NCBI GenBank assembly: GCA_009103225.1
Contig: RHPI01003156.1
Location: 1 to 17,979, forward strand
Direction of reading: 5' to 3'
Source of the DNA: Chlorokybus atmophyticus
Lineage: Eukaryota > Plantae > Mesostigma and Chlorokybus algae
DNA length: 17,979 bases
Shown here piece after piece: positions 12,703-17,979 of the stretch. Under the pieces are notes generated by a model. It ran no database searches and was not told where the DNA came from. It worked only from the letters and a program-made list of their open reading frames with translations. The position numbers and the translations under genes are program-made. Numbering within the stretch: position 1 is the stretch's first letter; every line of letters begins with the position of its first letter.

Positions 12703-13674
12703 NNNNNNNNNNNNNNNNNNNNNNNNNNNNNNNNNNNNNNNNNNNNNNNNNNNNNNNNNNNNNNNNNNNNNNNNNNNNNNNNNNNNNNNNNNNNNNNNNN
12801 NNNNNNNNNNNNNNNNNNNNNNNNNNNNNNNNNNNNNNNNNNNNNNNNNNNNNNNNNNNNNNNNNNNNNNNNNNNNNNNNNNNNNNNNNNNNNNNNNNNN
12901 NNNNNNNNNNNNNNNNNNNNNNNNNNNNNNNNNNNNNNNNNNNNNNNNNNNNNNNNNNNNNNNNNNNNNNNNNNNNNNNNNNNNNNNNNNNNNNNNNNNN
13001 NNNNNNNNNNNNNNNNNNNNNNNNNNNNNNNNNNNNNNNNNNNNNNNNNNNNNNNNNNNNNNNNNNNNNNNNNNNNNNNNNNNNNNNNNNNNNNNNNNNN
13101 NNNNNNNNNNNNNNNNNNNNNNNNNNNNNNNNNNNNNNNNNNNNNNNNNNNNNNNNNNNNNNNNNNNNNNNNNNNNNNNNNNNNNNNNNNNNNNNNNNNN
13201 NNNNNNNNNNNNNNNNNNNNNNNNNNNNNNNNNNNNNNNNNNNNNNNNNNNNNNNNNNNNNNNNNNNNNNNNNNNNNNNNNNNNNNNNNNNNNNNNNNNN
13301 NNNNNNNNNNNNNNNNNNNNNNNNNNNNNNNNNNNNNNNNNNNNNNNNNNNNNNNNNNNNNNNNNNNNNNNNNNNNNNNNNNNNNNNNNNNNNNNNNNNN
13401 NNNNNNNNNNNNNNNNNNNNNNNNNNNNNNNNNNNNNNNNNNNNNNNNNNNNNNNNNNNNNNNNNNNNNNNNNNNNNNNNNNNNNNNNNNNNNNNNNNNN
13501 NNNNNNNNNNNNNNNNNNNNNNNNNNNNNNNNNNNNNNNNNNNNNNNNNNNNNNNNNNNNNNNNNNNNNNNNNNNNNNNNNNNNNNNNNNNNNNNNNNNN
13601 NNNNNNNNNNNNNNNNNNNNNNNNNNNNNNNNNNNNNNNNNNNNNNNNNNNNNNNNNNNNNNNNNNNNNNNNNN
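12703..13674. other. Assembly gap (972 N), flanked by C8 on both sides
   Basis: N run; C8 at 12695-12702 and 13675-13682. Confidence 1.
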
Positions 13675-13689
13675 CCCCCCCCAATAAAT

Positions 13690-13722
13690 GGGGGGTGTTG
13701 TATTTAGGGGTGGGGTGGGGGG
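13690..13722 (+). other. G-quadruplex-like motif
   Basis: G6-TGTTGTATTTA-G4-T-G4-T-G6. Confidence 0.6.
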
Positions 13723-14651
13723 TATTTGAGCAAATACAAAAGTGATACTATTGATTTGTTTAAAAATGCCTATTTGTGGAAGTGTCGACTGTCACACGAT
13801 CATGTGATGGGTCAGCGTATAGTTGCATGAAATGTGATAGCTTCCTTGCTGCCACGACAACAAGCCTATACTGTTTATTGTAAACGCAACGGAGACAGAC
13901 ACAGACTTATATGGAACTCTGTACTTACAGTTATTTGATACCGTCATGACCTTTTCATAAGATTGTGTGGCTGTCTTAGATAGTTATCGATGTCTTCAAT
14001 AGCTCATTAGCAGGCTGATCTATGTTTGACGTGAGCCTATTATGGCATTGTGTGCAAATGTAGATTCTTTCTCTCTCTCATTTGCTCGCAGCAAGAGACA
14101 TACACCTTCACGACCATAATTACATACATAGTCTACCCCATACTTGAATTGACTTGGGCATGTGGTAGTGGGCAATGCAAGCTACGGCATTTTATGACGC
14201 TCCACTAGTGCTTGTCAGTCATGTAATGACGCTGTTATTACATATTCATACAAATGACTTTAAGTGTGATTGTTGGCAACTTGACGAGCAAGATGGGACA
14301 ACAATGATAGCCTTTCACTTACAACGCGTATGCTGAGAGCTAGCCTCTGCCTATCAACAATTCAATATCTCCTTGCAAACTACTACGGTATGCTGTCTAC
14401 TTTATGCGCATGCACAACACGCGACGCCGCTTTCCCTCAAGGACCCAGCAATGTATACTACAAAGATGATGTTTGCGCGCTTGCTTGAAGACGCATTTTA
14501 TTGTACAGCAAGTAGGTCGCGGCGGCAGAGCGGGCATCGAGGCCTCGGTTGGCACATGACGCGGACACCACATGGCCTGCAAGCAAATGTCATTTATCAG
14601 AAGTTATATGTACGTGTCTGCATATGCATGCACATGTGCACTCGCCCGTGT

Positions 14652-14662
14652 GCGCGCGCGCG

Positions 14663-14720
<58 letters not shown>
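14652..14720. repeat. Compound microsatellite (GC)13 followed by (AG)21, truncated by the gap
   Basis: Alternating GC at 14652-14678 and AG repeat at 14679-14720. Confidence 0.95.
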
Positions 14721-15382
14721 NNNNNNNNNNNNNNNNNNNNNNNNNNNNNNNNNNNNNNNNNNNNNNNNNNNNNNNNNNNNNNNNNNNNNNNNNNNNNNNN
14801 NNNNNNNNNNNNNNNNNNNNNNNNNNNNNNNNNNNNNNNNNNNNNNNNNNNNNNNNNNNNNNNNNNNNNNNNNNNNNNNNNNNNNNNNNNNNNNNNNNNN
14901 NNNNNNNNNNNNNNNNNNNNNNNNNNNNNNNNNNNNNNNNNNNNNNNNNNNNNNNNNNNNNNNNNNNNNNNNNNNNNNNNNNNNNNNNNNNNNNNNNNNN
15001 NNNNNNNNNNNNNNNNNNNNNNNNNNNNNNNNNNNNNNNNNNNNNNNNNNNNNNNNNNNNNNNNNNNNNNNNNNNNNNNNNNNNNNNNNNNNNNNNNNNN
15101 NNNNNNNNNNNNNNNNNNNNNNNNNNNNNNNNNNNNNNNNNNNNNNNNNNNNNNNNNNNNNNNNNNNNNNNNNNNNNNNNNNNNNNNNNNNNNNNNNNNN
15201 NNNNNNNNNNNNNNNNNNNNNNNNNNNNNNNNNNNNNNNNNNNNNNNNNNNNNNNNNNNNNNNNNNNNNNNNNNNNNNNNNNNNNNNNNNNNNNNNNNNN
15301 NNNNNNNNNNNNNNNNNNNNNNNNNNNNNNNNNNNNNNNNNNNNNNNNNNNNNNNNNNNNNNNNNNNNNNNNNNNNNNNNNN
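14721..15382. other. Assembly gap (662 N)
   Basis: N run. Confidence 1.
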
Positions 15383-17700
15383 AGACTTGGCTGCCTGCCG
15401 CTCCAGCGCTGCTATCTCTTTCTTCTTGGTAGCTTCAACTCGCTTGTTGGCAGCCTCTTGCTTCCTCGCTGCAATCCCCGCCTTCTTCTGCTCCGCTGCA
15501 GCCACCTTTTCTGCCAACATGTTGATGTACCCCTGAGATGTCAGAAGCACAGAGCCTGGCAGCTGCGGAGCTTTCTTCTGCCTCCACCCCTCCACACCCT
15601 CGGTGGGTTGCCTGACTTGGATGTTGATGTTGCCAGATGAAGGCCCTGCCCCGTTATTGATGTTGATGTTGATGCTGTTGTTGTTGTTCTGGTTGTTGTT
15701 GTTGTTATTGTTGTTCTGATTGGTGTTGTGGCTGTTGTGGTTGACTTGAGGCGCTGCAGATGGAGGTGGAGAGCGGTTTTCCTTCTCGCAGGAACTGTCT
15801 TCATCTTCGGTGGCATCTGAGTCCTCGTGATCAGAATGGTGAGGCACACCCTTACCATACAGGGCAGGTCCGCCAAACTCATGCTGCACCTGGGCGTGAG
15901 CCAGGTCTGGCGTGACTTCATCAGCAGTAGGCTTGGGCATGTCCGGAACACGGTCATCGAGTGCGTGTACGTCCACAGGCCACACTCCTGCGTGCATGTT
16001 GGCATTGATGTTCTATGCGGGATGGTTGAGAGGGCATACGTCCACATGCATTTGCATTTGAACATATGTGCAATCACACCTGTTCTCCTGAAGCCGGAGG
16101 TGATGTTGCGTGGGGTCATAGCCAATAGGAATGGCACGCAAGTCAGCTTCACAAATTGCAGCTTGCTGATGGGTGCGTTTGGCTCCTCCACTCTCCACGC
16201 CAGAAACTCCTTCCGGTAGTGCTCTTTCAAAGGCCGAAAGCAACTCACATCCAACACCTGCCACAGGTAGGCCAGATTTGCATTGTTTACTACCGCAAAT
16301 CATATGCATGTGCACAACAACTGAACAGCATGCACGTGCAGTCAATTGACTGACCTGCATGAGGTGTGTCATGTGAGGAGGAAAGGTCAACATGTGCACA
16401 CCGGCCGTCCTGGCCTGCTCCAGCAGCTCCGGGTTCATACGGGAGGAGTGCCCATCCAACAAAAGCAGCACGGGTTTGTCTACCGACACCCCTCCAGGTA
16501 CAAACTCCACAAACTTCTTAAACCAATCGGCAAATATGTCGATGGTCATGTATGCGTTCTCCTGCATGCGCATGAAGCTTCCATAAGGAGCGACCTTCAT
16601 GTAGTTCTTTGTATAGCGGGTACCCTTCAAGATGTACATAGGTGGCATCCACATGCCCGCAGCATTGACACAAGCCATGACGGACATATGCTCTCGACTT
16701 CCGCATTGGTTGTAATAGGGGTTCTTGTAACCCCGGCTGCAAATGACCTTGACAGTGCCTGCACAAGCCAATTGTTCACATGCTACATGCACGCAATCAT
16801 AGCTAACACTTGGTCCTTGCAGGACTTACCCAGGTTATCAGGTTCAAAGCCTGTCTCGTCCGCGTTGAAGATCCTAGTGGGATCATTAATGCCAAGCTCT
16901 TCTAACGTTCTTGTATACAACTCAAAGAACGCGTTGACATTATCTCGCGTACAGGCCTGCCACCTCCTGCGATCTAGTCCTTCAGCAACACGGGAGGCCA
17001 GATTGTGGCGTGCCATGAACATGCGAAGCCACTTATAACCAGGTATGCCACGCGGTCCAAAACGCTGCAGGCGCCCAGTGGGATCACTCCGCAGCATGTG
17101 CACAACCTACAGCAAGTGCAACAGGTCATGAGTGGCTTGAACACACATTGCACTTAATAGGGCTCACTGCATCACAACAGCACATGCATCACCAGCACGC
17201 ACATGCACATGCATGCGAATAGCACACACATGCATCCCGAGACAACGATAGTTAATCCAAGTCCTAACCGTTACCTTCTGGAACAGTGAAGGCCGAGTGA
17301 CGGCATACTTTTTGTCCGCCATCCAGTTGACCCAAGTGACTAGCTCCTCCTCTTCCTGTGGGGTCAAAACAGGGGAGCGTCCAGGGCCTCGCGGCAGTTG
17401 TAACTTATAAGGGTAGGTCACGTAGTCGTATAGCGTGGAACGTGGCACTCCATATTTGCCAGATGCAATCCTCAGGCTCATGCCAGCCTTCACTTCCTCC
17501 ACCGCCACACCCAACTGCAACATCATCCCCTCACCATGGTAGTTCATGTACTGCATGCCCTTGCGACGGGCGCTGCCAATGCAACTACGCAGGGCTTGCT
17601 TGCTGCGACTCTTCACACGCTTGGAAGGGCACGGGGCTAATGGGGTTGATGCTGCTCGCTTGCTCCCGATTGGAGTGCTCTCCTGCAAACAAATCCACAT
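15383..17700 (-). CDS. pogo-family DD35D transposase, copy 2 (3' end lost in gap)
   Basis: Same exon structure as copy 1 shifted by 5277: 17682(17700)-17275, 17106-16830, 16758-16355, 16257-16080, 15987-gap. Catalytic motifs are intact. Confidence 0.88.
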
Positions 17701-17979
17701 ATGCTAAGGGGGGCAAGGATGACAAGGTGCACAATCAAACAGCGCCTAAGCTGCCTAACCACCAGCTCTAAGTCCCCACCAGGCCGCCACCCTAGCAGAT
17801 AGCATAGACAGCATAGTGTGTATAGCATAGAATGCATAGACAGCGCAGGCAGACATCCCTCTACTTTAATGCATCTCCACAACCTGCATAGACAGTATAT
17901 CTCATTGTCGTGCGTGTCTTGGGTGGTGGTTGCCCGTGTGCCCACCATCGCTCTCTCCACCCAAAACTATGCCCCCCCC
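15383..17979 (-). mobile_element. pogo/Fot-like DNA transposon, copy 2 (partial)
   Basis: Matches 10106-12702 without indels; six substitutions found by hand in 2597 nt. Confidence 0.85.

Noticed and set aside
9449-13737. GTATTTGCT (9449-9457), which also occurs in reverse complement near 13729-13737, as candidate TIRs
   Set aside because: The match is only 9 bp, does not extend and has no TA flanks, so chance is expected.
14169-14609. About 147-codon plus-strand frame with one internal TGA, possible pseudogene
   Set aside because: I recognise no protein family in it, and it cannot be supported without a homology search.
12541-15997. Long ORFs of 286-466 aa in the track
   Set aside because: They are poly-X artefacts read through the N gaps.

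Overview
Eukaryotic scaffold, most likely a green alga (plastid-targeted NTRC, GT-AG introns with TGCA/CATG-rich composition), with two assembly gaps. From left to right: (i) 557-2092, a decayed element bounded by ~175-190 bp direct repeats; (ii) 2466-6295 (+), an intact 13-exon NADPH-dependent thioredoxin reductase C (NTRC, 545 aa, transit peptide, CAIC and CGPC active sites); (iii) 8666-7258 (-), a short 3-exon gene model (~166 aa) whose only recognisable module is a TPX2-type Aurora-kinase-binding motif; (iv) 8818-9250, a cluster of hairpins including a perfect 22-bp palindrome; (v) two ~99.8% identical, same-orientation copies of an intron-containing pogo/Fot-like DD35D transposase gene (12423-9722 and 17700-15383, both -), offset by exactly 5277 bp and both ending at the same C8 run; (vi) between them a G-quadruplex-like motif and a (CG)n(AG)n microsatellite. 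Element termini (TIRs/TSDs) could not be located. All alignments, counts and splice models were made by hand, and family assignments rest on recalled motifs rather than database searches.
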